Source of the DNA: a virus
Lineage: Duplodnaviria > Caudoviricetes
Direction: 5' to 3' (one strand)
DNA: 61,199 nt
IMG/VR virus record: IMGVR_UViG_3300032233_000543
Location: 1-61,199 of that record
The notes below the pieces were generated by a model. It was not told the origin of the DNA. It did no database searches and saw nothing but the letters and a program-made list of their open reading frames with translations. A program made the position numbers and the translations under genes. Positions 18,223 to 26,818 of this stretch are shown piece after piece. How positions within the stretch are numbered: position 1 is the stretch's first letter; each line of letters begins with the position of its first letter.

Positions 18223-18413
18223 ACCCCAAAGTCATACTGGAGTTTACCTACCCCGAAGATGAGGACAAGTTACTGTTCGCATTAAAGGGGCAGGCTATGT
18301 ACAAGGCGCTAGCCAGTATCAATATGGTAATGTCTGCGCCCGCATCCAAGGCTGAGATGGTCAGCCAAGTCAAAACCATCCTTAACGAAATCTTTGTGGA
18401 GCTAGGTGAATGA
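18219..18413 (+). CDS. Hypothetical protein
   Basis: ATGA-coupled; LEFTYPEDE motif. Confidence 0.65.
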   Translation: MNPKVILEFTYPEDEDKLLFALKGQAMYKALASINMVMSAPASKAEMVSQVKTILNEIFVELGE

Positions 18414-18505
18414 CATGGCCTTTCCCCCCATTCCCAAACCCCAAGGACAAGGGCAACCGAGTCCCAAAGTTCAACCCTGATAACCATGAGGATGCACCGA
18501 GATGA
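18410..18505 (+). CDS. 31-aa Pro-rich peptide (not in ORF track)
   Basis: MTWPFPPFPNPKDKG...DAPR; ATGA overlaps at both ends. Confidence 0.6.
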   Translation: MTWPFPPFPNPKDKGNRVPKFNPDNHEDAPR

Positions 18506-18699
18506 AACAAGATGACGACGACATTCAAGACTACGTTCGCCCGTGGGTTTGGCTGACGGACGAGGAGGTCAATACGATATACAAACAGGCCGAAGTGCTT
18601 GTACACGATTCGTGGGTTGGCAACGGAACAGTTGGCTTGATGTTCCCCATCACGCTATACAAAATGTTGGAAGCCAAACTTAAGGAGAAGAACACATGA
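18502..18699 (+). CDS. Hypothetical protein
   Basis: WVWLTDEE...EAKLKEKN; coupled. Confidence 0.7.
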   Translation: MKQDDDDIQDYVRPWVWLTDEEVNTIYKQAEVLVHDSWVGNGTVGLMFPITLYKMLEAKLKEKNT

Positions 18700-18905
18700 T
18701 TCACACTGACGAAGATGACGAGTTCGCACGTATCGAGCATGAGAACCAAATGAAGTCAGGACAGCCATACGTCTTTGATGTGTATGTATCTCCGTCACAA
18801 CGCAACTTTGTGTTGGAAGAAGTGGCGCGTGAGTTTGATAAGATGCACGCCCTTGGTGACACAGCCGCAAGCTTTGCAGTATTTGTACGGGGGATGAAGC
18901 GATGA
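18696..18905 (+). CDS. Hypothetical protein
   Basis: AAGGAG RBS; RNFVLEEVA motif. Confidence 0.7.
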   Translation: MIHTDEDDEFARIEHENQMKSGQPYVFDVYVSPSQRNFVLEEVAREFDKMHALGDTAASFAVFVRGMKR

Positions 18906-19357
18906 GCCAACCATACGCGGGCACTGCAATACTCCAACCCGATGTGATTGATAGCAAAGGGTTAGGGTTTAGGGTTTCGACAATTACAAAGTTTGCCGCA
19001 AGTGAACTAACGCTAGACACAGGAACAAATTTAACAAGGAGAGCCAAGGATATGTCAACAGATTATGAAGCCGCAACTAAGATTGCGGATGAAGCAAACA
19101 AGATGTTCAAGAAAAGTTACAGCGACTTAATTGAAACAACAGCACAGCTACAAGCATCAGCCAAGAAAGCATCGGGTGATGTTCGTAAGTCAGCCGACGA
19201 TTTAGCGCAAGGATTGATAAAAGTACAAAAGCAAGCGGACTTCAACAACCTAACAAGGTATGTAGAGTTACTTGAGAGAGCGGCCACTGCTATGACTACG
19301 CTAGCCGAACTAGAGAAGGCGGGTAAGTTACAAAAGATTGCAGGGGCGTTGAAATGA
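18902..19357 (+). CDS. Hypothetical coiled-coil protein
   Basis: ATGA-coupled; a possible internal start with its own RBS at 19052. Confidence 0.65.
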   Translation: MSQPYAGTAILQPDVIDSKGLGFRVSTITKFAASELTLDTGTNLTRRAKDMSTDYEAATKIADEANKMFKKSYSDLIETTAQLQASAKKASGDVRKSADDLAQGLIKVQKQADFNNLTRYVELLERAATAMTTLAELEKAGKLQKIAGALK

Positions 19358-19608
19358 GCAAAAAAGCACTTGACCCGTGGGAAGAATTGGCACAAGTCCA
19401 ACGCCCAAGTATCTTTGCAAAAGACCCGTACTTTAAAGCCAAGCAAAGCACCGGTACGATCAAAAGCGAAGACGGCTTAGGCTACAAACAATTCGGCACG
19501 TACACACGAGCACAGAAACGACAACCCAACAAGCATGAAGGAGAACTTGAACATGCCAAGGCCAAAGCCCCCCGCCCCCCTAAAGGCACGATACGTACGT
19601 TTAGCTGA
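19354..19608 (+). CDS. Hypothetical basic protein
   Basis: ATGA-coupled. Confidence 0.55.
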   Translation: MSKKALDPWEELAQVQRPSIFAKDPYFKAKQSTGTIKSEDGLGYKQFGTYTRAQKRQPNKHEGELEHAKAKAPRPPKGTIRTFS

Positions 19609-19732
19609 TAAACATTGGCTAGTTTTAAAGCAGCTTGGTGGTGCCGAATGGTTGAGGGAGACCCTCGACAAGAAAGCCCCGATGCCCAAGCAGTACTATG
19701 ACGATTTATTAAAGGAGAAACAAGATGATTGA
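19553..19732 (+). CDS. Small DNA-binding protein, Arc/RHH-like
   Basis: MPRPK...YVRL...LGGAEWLR; AAGGAG RBS. Confidence 0.65.
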   Translation: MPRPKPPAPLKARYVRLADKHWLVLKQLGGAEWLRETLDKKAPMPKQYYDDLLKEKQDD

Positions 19733-19952
19733 CTTAGCACCAAACGCAAATGATGTGCAGGTTGCAGGCACGCACTACAAAGACAAAGCAATCCAACCAT
19801 GGGATTACATTATTGCCAATGAACTTGGCTACCTTGAGGGCAACATCGTGAAGTATGTATCACGTTGGAAAGACAAGGGCGGCTTGGACGATCTAAAGAA
19901 GGCACAGCACTACTTAGCCAAACTCATTGAGGTAGTTGAAGATGGAAACTGA
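19725..19952 (+). CDS. DUF3310/SaV-like protein
   Basis: QVAGTHY, IQPWD, GNIVKYVSR and KGGLDDLKKAQHYL motifs. Confidence 0.85.
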   Translation: MIDLAPNANDVQVAGTHYKDKAIQPWDYIIANELGYLEGNIVKYVSRWKDKGGLDDLKKAQHYLAKLIEVVEDGN

Positions 19953-20328
19953 TCGCATGACTAACGCCTTGACACTTGCAGATAAGTGTTGGGGTAAAGC
20001 CGTTAGGACTAGTCCTGACTTCGTTCACCGCTATTTGGAATTAGCTGAAGAACTTTTAGCATCCAAACAACAAGTACTTGGGGATGAGTTCCGCGAGTAC
20101 TGCAGTAAGAAGTTGTTGTTTCGACCCGCAGAGCTACATCCAAACGTATGGGTGTCGGGTGTTCGTGCCCTGCAGTCAATCGGGTGGATTGTTCACAATG
20201 GGTACACGATGCCCACTAAGTCACACAACCACATGCCCTCAGTATCAGTTTGGAGAAGCACAATATATGGCAGCTACACCGGAATCCAAAGTCAAAGCCA
20301 AGATCAAAGCGATCTTGAAGAAGCATGA
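19942..20328 (+). CDS. Hypothetical protein
   Basis: GAGG RBS; HPNVW motif. Confidence 0.65.
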   Translation: METDRMTNALTLADKCWGKAVRTSPDFVHRYLELAEELLASKQQVLGDEFREYCSKKLLFRPAELHPNVWVSGVRALQSIGWIVHNGYTMPTKSHNHMPSVSVWRSTIYGSYTGIQSQSQDQSDLEEA

Positions 20329-20572
20329 CATCTACTACGCCATGCCTATCGGTACTGGCTACGGCAACAGTGGAGTCCCTGACTTCCTGTGCTGTATTAA
20401 CGGACACTTCGTGGCTATCGAAGCCAAGGCGGGTAGGGGTGCGGCAACAGCCTTGCAACTAAAGAACCTTGACGCAATCCAAAAGTGTGGTGGGCATCCG
20501 ATGATTATCCGCGAGGATAATATGGAGTATTTAGAAAACGTAATCAAGGACTGCATGTGCCAAAAATTGTAA
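20267..20572 (+). CDS. VRR-NUC domain nuclease (resolvase-like)
   Basis: TPESKVK, GVPD, FVAIEAKA and TALQ motifs; GGAG RBS before ATG 20267. Confidence 0.88.
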   Translation: MAATPESKVKAKIKAILKKHDIYYAMPIGTGYGNSGVPDFLCCINGHFVAIEAKAGRGAATALQLKNLDAIQKCGGHPMIIREDNMEYLENVIKDCMCQKL

Positions 20573-22449
20573 CGCTCGATCTTGAGTGCTTCTACTCAAC
20601 TGAGTATTCCCTGACCAAGATTCCTACCGAGGAGTATGTGCGGTCGCCTCAGTTTGAGATGATTGGCATAGCGATCAAGGTGGACGATGGCGAAACGGTT
20701 TGGTATCCCAAGCCGCAAGTGGAACGGATACTAAAAGAATTCGACTGGTCTGATGCGATGGTCGTTGCACAGAACACTGCGTTCGATGGTGCCGTTCTTA
20801 ACTGGCTGTATGGCGTGAACCCTATGGCTTGGTTTGATACGCTCGGTATGTCTCGGGCGTTGTTCCCTCATGAGAAGGCGCACGGCTTAGCCAAGCAAGC
20901 TGAACGCATGGGTATCGGAGCCAAGGGCGATGAGGTGCTTCATGCCAAGGGCAAACACTACGCTGACTTCTCTGCCGAGGAGTTGGCTCGCTACGCTGAG
21001 TACTGCATCAACGATACCGAACTGACGTACAAGCTGTTCAACATGTACATGGCGATGGGTTTCCCTAAACAAGAATTGAAACTGCTTGACATGACTCTAC
21101 GTATGTTCATTGAGCCTGTGCTTGAGCTTGATAAGAAGCTGTTGGTTGACCACTTGGAAGCCGTGAAGGATGCCAAGGAAGCACTGATGGAATCTGTGCG
21201 GGACTTCATGTTAAAAGACGCTGATCCCGAGTATGTCCACGCAATCTTTAGCGAAGGTATGGATGGCATCAAGAAGTTACTCATGTCAAACCCCAAGTTT
21301 GCCTTAGTGCTTGAGAACTACGGCGTTGTACCGCCCACGAAAGTTAGCCTGCGTACTGGCAAGCTAGCCTTTGCATTTGCAAAAACTGACGAAGAATTTA
21401 AAGCCTTAGAGGAGCACCCAGATGAACGAGTCCAAATGCTTGTCGCAGCCCGACTTGGAAACAAGACGACTATTGAGGAAACTCGCACTGAGAGGTTTAT
21501 TGGTATGTCTACTCGAGGCAAGTTTCCTGTACCTCTGCGTTATTATGGTGCCCACTCTGGTCGGTGGTCTGGGCAAGATTCTGTAAACCTGCAGAACTTA
21601 CCATCACGCGGCACTAACGCAGGCAAGATCAAGAAGGCTATCAAAGCGCCCAAGGGTTACGTGGTGATTGACTGCGACTCAGCGCAGATCGAAGCTAGGA
21701 CGTTGGCTTGGCTAGCGGGGCAACAAGACTTGGTGGATGCGTTCTCAAGGTCTCAGGATGTGTACAAGCTGATGGCGAGCAAGATATACCACATGCCCCC
21801 CGAAGAGATTGACAAACAACAAAGACAGGTTGGCAAAGTTGTGATTCTTGGCGCAGGGTATGGCGTTGGACACCACAAGCTTAAGCTGTTCCTTAAGATG
21901 CAAGCGGGTGTTGATGCAACCGAAGACGAAGCAAAACGCATCATTGACGCATACAGGCATGGGTACTACAAGATACCTGAGTTATGGCGCAGAGCGGACG
22001 AGGCGTTGGTTGCGTTGCGTACAGGCAATGGCATGCAAGTGGACGCTCACGGGCTAATCAAGGCGGTTCCGGGCAAGGGGTTAACCCTACCTAGTGGGTT
22101 GTTTATCCAGTACCCAGACCTTGCCAAAGTGACTGACGCAAAGACTGGCAAAGACCAGTGGCGCTACTTCTCTAAGGGATTACCCGTGTATATCTACGGC
22201 GGAAAAGTAGTGGAGAACGTGTGTCAAGCTGTGGCAAGGCAGGTCGTGGCGGAGCAGATGCTCAAAATCGGCAAGAAGTACAAAGTCGTCTTGACAGTTC
22301 ATGATGCCGTTGCCTGTATTGCACCAATTGAAGAACAAACAGAAGCACAAAAATACGTTGAGGAGTGCATGTCATGGAGACCAAAGTGGGCACAAACTTT
22401 ACCGCTGGCCTGCGAATCAGGCGTAGGGGCTTCCTATGGGGACTGTTGA
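20557..22449 (+). CDS. polA: DNA polymerase family A with 3'-5' exonuclease
   Basis: Exo motifs DLE, NTAFD and YCIND; SGRWS, NLQNLP, motif A DSAQIEAR, motif B KVVILGAGYG, motif C VHDA. Confidence 0.95.
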   Translation: MPKIVTLDLECFYSTEYSLTKIPTEEYVRSPQFEMIGIAIKVDDGETVWYPKPQVERILKEFDWSDAMVVAQNTAFDGAVLNWLYGVNPMAWFDTLGMSRALFPHEKAHGLAKQAERMGIGAKGDEVLHAKGKHYADFSAEELARYAEYCINDTELTYKLFNMYMAMGFPKQELKLLDMTLRMFIEPVLELDKKLLVDHLEAVKDAKEALMESVRDFMLKDADPEYVHAIFSEGMDGIKKLLMSNPKFALVLENYGVVPPTKVSLRTGKLAFAFAKTDEEFKALEEHPDERVQMLVAARLGNKTTIEETRTERFIGMSTRGKFPVPLRYYGAHSGRWSGQDSVNLQNLPSRGTNAGKIKKAIKAPKGYVVIDCDSAQIEARTLAWLAGQQDLVDAFSRSQDVYKLMASKIYHMPPEEIDKQQRQVGKVVILGAGYGVGHHKLKLFLKMQAGVDATEDEAKRIIDAYRHGYYKIPELWRRADEALVALRTGNGMQVDAHGLIKAVPGKGLTLPSGLFIQYPDLAKVTDAKTGKDQWRYFSKGLPVYIYGGKVVENVCQAVARQVVAEQMLKIGKKYKVVLTVHDAVACIAPIEEQTEAQKYVEECMSWRPKWAQTLPLACESGVGASYGDC

Positions 22450-22490
22450 TTGGTACACTCGGGGTTACAAAAATCAACCCAGTTCTTTCC

Positions 22491-23156
22491 ATGACGCTAG
22501 CCCATTCCTATTCAGGTATCAAAGACTACGAAGGCTGCCCACGCAGATACCACGAAGTTAAGATACTAAAAAAGTTTAAATCTAAAGACACAGAAGCAAC
22601 CATGTACGGCACTGCCGTACACAAAGCATTTGAAGAATACATCCGTGATAAGACACCACTTCCAGCGAGTTTTGCGCACTACAAACCATTCGTGGAACCC
22701 CTTGCCAACTTCAAAGGCGACGTCCGTTGCGAAGAGAAACTTGGCATCCGCGCAGACTTTACCCCCTGCGGGTTCTTCGACAAAGACGTATGGTTCCGAG
22801 GCATCCCCGACTATCTTGCAATCAACCACGAGAACGGTGTTGCACGTGTAGCCGACTATAAGACTGGTAAGTCAAGCCGGTATGCAGATAGCGCTCAGTT
22901 AGAGCTTATGGCAGCTATGGTGATGATTCACCATCCCGACGTGAATACCGTCAAGGGGGCACTGTTGTTTGTTGTAGTTGGCGACATTATCAAGTCTGAG
23001 TACACTCGGAAACAGTTGCCTGAAATCCTGTCGAAATGGGCTGGCAGGGCTAGTGCAATCGAAGCGGCTGTGGTGCATGGGGTGTGGAACCCCAAAAGCT
23101 CTGCGCTGTGTAAATTCTGCCCAGTTACTACTTGTGAGAATCACAATGGCCACTAA
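22491..23156 (+). CDS. Cas4/RecB-like PD-(D/E)XK exonuclease
   Basis: SYS..CPR, GTAVH, GIPD, DYKTG and C-terminal CKFC...C. Confidence 0.9.
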   Translation: MTLAHSYSGIKDYEGCPRRYHEVKILKKFKSKDTEATMYGTAVHKAFEEYIRDKTPLPASFAHYKPFVEPLANFKGDVRCEEKLGIRADFTPCGFFDKDVWFRGIPDYLAINHENGVARVADYKTGKSSRYADSAQLELMAAMVMIHHPDVNTVKGALLFVVVGDIIKSEYTRKQLPEILSKWAGRASAIEAAVVHGVWNPKSSALCKFCPVTTCENHNGH

Positions 23157-23430
23157 ACGCAATTATGCCGCTGAGTATAAAAACTATCAGGGCACACCAA
23201 AACAACTAGCCGCTCAATCCGAGAGGCACAAGGCACGACGAGCGTACGAGAAGGCTCACGGCACCCTACCCGACGATGTGGATGTAGACCATAAGAAGGC
23301 TATGTCCAAGGGCGGTACCTCCAGTCTAAGCAACCTCCGTGCCGCCACAGACAACGCAAACCGTAGCTTCGCCCGTACAAAAAATGGCGGTCTGAAATCA
23401 CAAATTTCTAAGCGCGAGCGAAAAAAGTAA
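23146..23430 (+). CDS. Small HNH endonuclease
   Basis: DVDHKK...GG...SNLR...NRS. Confidence 0.8.
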   Translation: MATKRNYAAEYKNYQGTPKQLAAQSERHKARRAYEKAHGTLPDDVDVDHKKAMSKGGTSSLSNLRAATDNANRSFARTKNGGLKSQISKRERKK

Positions 23431-23503
23431 TGTAAGATAAAAACACTTAGCGGTTGCCACTTCTAAGTTGTTTTGATTTGGTTCTCCTCCCAGTAATGGG
23501 TTT

Positions 23504-23533
23504 GCCCAGTAGCACTGCTACTGGGCTATTTTT
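23504..23533 (+). terminator. Terminator-like hairpin before the helicase gene
   Basis: GCCCAGTAGCA/TGCTACTGGGC inverted repeat followed by TATTTTT. Confidence 0.65.
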
Positions 23534-23556
23534 GTCACTTCTATTCAAAATTTATT

Positions 23557-25116
23557 ATGCAAATTATTGACAACAAGGCATTGCTGTTTAATACACGCAA
23601 GGCACCACAGATTACTTCAATCATCCCTAAGAGCAAAGTGCTAGGTAGCAATGGTGACATTGACCAAGTGCTAGTCAACTGGGGTTTTGACGAAGTGCAA
23701 CTCCTACGCAATCTAGGTATTCGTGAAGTGCCTAGTCCTATTCTTGGTCGGTACGAGTGGCCCGGAATGTTTACACCCTTTGACCATCAGCGCACCACTG
23801 CGGAGTTTCTTACTCTGCATCCACGTTGCTTTGTGTTTAACGAAGCAGGCACAGGCAAGACAAGTGCGGCGGCATGGGCGGCTGACTACCTCATGAACCA
23901 AGGCAAAGTCAAGCGGGTGCTTGTTGTGTGCCCAGTGTCCATCATGGACACCGCATGGCGCTCTGATTTATTTAAGACAGTCATGCACCGCACAGTGGCG
24001 ATTGCGCAAGGCTCACGCACACAAAGACAGAAGGTCATCAGTGGCGACTACGAGTTCGTCATCATTAACTTCGATGGCGTAAAGGTTGTAAACAAAGAGT
24101 TGATAGCGGGTGGGTTTGATCTAATCATCGTCGACGAAGCCAATGCAGTTAAGAGTGTGCAGACAGACCGTTGGAAGTGCCTTGCCGCATTGGTTAAGCC
24201 TACTACACGCCTGTGGCTCATGACAGGTACGCCTGCATCGCAGTCGCCTCTAGACGCATACGGCTTGGCTAAGCTTGTGACACCTGACTCAGTGCCTAGA
24301 TTCTTTGGTGCGTTCCGTGACAAGGTGATGCTCAAGCTCACGCAGTACAAGTGGGTGCCAAGGCAAGACGCACAACAGATGGTTCACCAAGTATTGCAAC
24401 CCGCCATTAGGTTCACAAAGCTTGAGTGCTTGGACTTGCCTGACTTGTTGTACTCCACTCGTGAAGTCCCCTTGACGGCTCAGCAGGCTAAGTACTATGA
24501 CGCTTTGAAGAAGCAAATGATGACAATCGCAGCAGGCTCAGAAATCACGGCGGTAAATGCGGCAGCAATGCTTAACAAACTTTTGCAAGTTGCACAAGGT
24601 GCGGTATATACGGATGATGGGGGCGTTGTTGAGTTTGACGTAAACAATCGCATGAGTGAACTGCTCAATGTGATTGAGCAAACCGACCACAAAGTATTGG
24701 TGTTTATCCCATATCGACATACGCTTGAGATGGTGGAGAATGCTCTGCTCAAAGAAGGATATACAGTGCAGACAATTCATGGCGGCGTTGCTTCTACACG
24801 CCGAGCAGACATCATCAAACAATTCCAAACGGAAGACGACCCACGCATACTACTGCTAGTACCGCAGGCTACGGCTCACGGCATTACGCTAACTCGTGCA
24901 GACCAAGTAGTGTGGTGGGGTCCAGTAAGCTCCACAGAAATATATTTGCAAGCTAACTCACGGGCACACCGAGCAGGGCAGACAAACAAAGTTACAGTCA
25001 CCCACTTGCAAGGCAGTCCAGTCGAGCGGCGCATGTACACCATGCTGCAAAATAAAATAGATTTACATCAAAGTTTAGTTGATTTATACAAACAAGAGCT
25101 TGACACTGAAATTTGA
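23557..25116 (+). CDS. SNF2-family helicase
   Basis: EAGTGKT, IIVDEAN, MTGTP, HGITLT and QANSRAHRAGQ motifs. Confidence 0.93.
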   Translation: MQIIDNKALLFNTRKAPQITSIIPKSKVLGSNGDIDQVLVNWGFDEVQLLRNLGIREVPSPILGRYEWPGMFTPFDHQRTTAEFLTLHPRCFVFNEAGTGKTSAAAWAADYLMNQGKVKRVLVVCPVSIMDTAWRSDLFKTVMHRTVAIAQGSRTQRQKVISGDYEFVIINFDGVKVVNKELIAGGFDLIIVDEANAVKSVQTDRWKCLAALVKPTTRLWLMTGTPASQSPLDAYGLAKLVTPDSVPRFFGAFRDKVMLKLTQYKWVPRQDAQQMVHQVLQPAIRFTKLECLDLPDLLYSTREVPLTAQQAKYYDALKKQMMTIAAGSEITAVNAAAMLNKLLQVAQGAVYTDDGGVVEFDVNNRMSELLNVIEQTDHKVLVFIPYRHTLEMVENALLKEGYTVQTIHGGVASTRRADIIKQFQTEDDPRILLLVPQATAHGITLTRADQVVWWGPVSSTEIYLQANSRAHRAGQTNKVTVTHLQGSPVERRMYTMLQNKIDLHQSLVDLYKQELDTEI

Positions 25117-25127
25117 CAGTGTATAAT
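25100..25127 (+). promoter_or_regulatory. Sigma70 promoter overlapped by an inverted repeat
   Basis: TTGACA-N16-TATAAT; ACACTG-N8-CAGTGT spans the spacer. Confidence 0.75.
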
Positions 25128-25220
25128 TTCTAAAAAACGGGGGGAACGTCGCGCAATATTTTCTTGCGGACGAGCGGCTAGTACCCCCACCCAAGTTCAA
25201 CGTAAATCAAAAGGTATCGT

Positions 25221-25610
25221 ATGGATGCAAGCCAGTTAGTCAATGTGTATATCAAAATACGTGACGCCAAAGACATGAAGAAGCGCCAGATGGAAGAAGA
25301 GATTGCCGCACTCGATCAGCAACTTTCTGTCGTCGAGCAAGAGCTTTTAGAAATCTGCAAGACCACCGGCCAAGATGGTGGCAAAACACAACATGGCTCG
25401 TTTACACGAGCAGTCAAAACACGCTACTGGACCAGTGACTGGGACAGTATGTACAAATTCATCCGTGAGCATGATGCCCCTGACCTTCTCGAACGCCGGA
25501 TTGCGCAAGGTAACTTCGCACAGTTCGTCCAAGAGAACCCAGACAAAATGCCCGCAGGTGTGAATATCGAGTCGAAATACTCGATCACGGTTCGCCGTTC
25601 ATCTAAGTAA
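25221..25610 (+). CDS. Replication-module hypothetical protein
   Basis: N-terminal coiled coil, KTQHGSF, DWD and LLERRI motifs. Confidence 0.75.
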   Translation: MDASQLVNVYIKIRDAKDMKKRQMEEEIAALDQQLSVVEQELLEICKTTGQDGGKTQHGSFTRAVKTRYWTSDWDSMYKFIREHDAPDLLERRIAQGNFAQFVQENPDKMPAGVNIESKYSITVRRSSK

Positions 25611-25631
25611 CCTCCCATTAAGGAAATCAAA

Positions 25632-26513
25632 ATGAGTAACATGACACTTTTCAAATCCGGTTCCGTTATCCCTGACTATTTACGTGAAGCTTCAGACGCT
25701 ACTACCCGTGACATTGCAGGTAGCTCTGGCGGTAAGCAAATCTCAATCAAAGGCGGCGTGTGGCGCATGGTCGTAGGCGGCGAAGAAGTTGCCAAGAACG
25801 AAGACCGTGCCATGAACTTCGTGGTTATTGCATCTGGCAAAGGTGTGACACGTACGTTCTACGCAGACAAATACGAAGAAGGCAAAGACATTAAACCTGC
25901 CTGCTGGTCTGCCGAAGGCGTAGTGCCCAACGAAGAAGTGACAAACCCACAAAGCAAGTCCTGCGCTACCTGCCCTCAGAACATCGAAGGCTCTGGCGAT
26001 GGTAAGGCTCGTGCCTGCCGTTACAGCAAGCGTTTGGCTGTGGCTTTGGAGAACGATATTGGCGGCAACATTTACCGCTTGTCTGTCCCTGCCAAGTCAT
26101 ACTTTGGTCGTGCTGAAGGCGAGAAGATGCCTTTGCAAGCGTTTGGTAAGTTCTTGTCAGGACATGGTATCCCGATTACAGGCATCGTGACCGAAGCTCG
26201 CTTCGACACAGCCGAAGCAGTGCCAGTGTTGAAGTTCCGTGCTGTACGCCCCTTGACGAAAGAAGAGTGGGAACTGGGTAAAGCACAGAGCCAGACAGAA
26301 GACGCTCGTCAAGCAATCGAGTTGAAGATGGTTCCATCTAAAGCTGAAGGCATGCCTGCGTTACCACAAGCGTTTAAGGAAGAGCCTGCCGCTAAAGCGG
26401 AAGTCGTGGCGGAGCCTGTCAAGCGTAGCCCTGCCAAGCCTAAAGCGGACGCACCGGCTCCTAAGGACGTATCTGATATTTTGAGCGACTGGGCTACTGA
26501 CGAAGATGCGTAA
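25632..26513 (+). CDS. Putative ssDNA-binding/annealing protein
   Basis: ISIKGG, CWS, CATCPQN and ACRY; acidic tail ending DWATDEDA. Confidence 0.6.
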   Translation: MSNMTLFKSGSVIPDYLREASDATTRDIAGSSGGKQISIKGGVWRMVVGGEEVAKNEDRAMNFVVIASGKGVTRTFYADKYEEGKDIKPACWSAEGVVPNEEVTNPQSKSCATCPQNIEGSGDGKARACRYSKRLAVALENDIGGNIYRLSVPAKSYFGRAEGEKMPLQAFGKFLSGHGIPITGIVTEARFDTAEAVPVLKFRAVRPLTKEEWELGKAQSQTEDARQAIELKMVPSKAEGMPALPQAFKEEPAAKAEVVAEPVKRSPAKPKADAPAPKDVSDILSDWATDEDA

Positions 26514-26754
26514 TAGATTGCGGGGGCACTACACCCTTTTCATTCAGAAGGTTGAAGATGCAGATCAGAAGCCGATTGTTATGCAGTTGGCGGATGTTTG
26601 CATCAACAAAGGTACACCCATTACCGAGCTTGCGCAGATGTTTGGCGTGACTCGTGCGACTGTGTACAACTGGCTGACTGGTAAATCGGTGCCGCGCGCC
26701 CGCCATCAGGCAGCAATGCCTAAAGTTATTGCACGTCTTTTAAAACGTAAGTAA
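26506..26754 (+). CDS. Cro/XRE-type HTH protein
   Basis: ITELAQMFGVTRATVYNWLTGKSVP. Confidence 0.88.
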   Translation: MRNRLRGHYTLFIQKVEDADQKPIVMQLADVCINKGTPITELAQMFGVTRATVYNWLTGKSVPRARHQAAMPKVIARLLKRK

Positions 26755-26760
26755 CCCTCG

Positions 26761-26794
26761 GGGGTAACAGGTAGCACTGTTGCCCCTATTTTTT
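26761..26794 (+). terminator. Terminator-like hairpin before the primase gene
   Basis: GGGGTAACAG-GTAGCA-CTGTTGCCCC followed by TATTTTTT. Confidence 0.7.
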
Positions 26795-26818
26795 CCCCCC
26801 TCAACCCAGTGAGGTTCT

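Noticed and set aside
22491-23156. Cas4-like gene as evidence of CRISPR-Cas
   Set aside because: It is a stand-alone nuclease in the replication module, which is common in phages.
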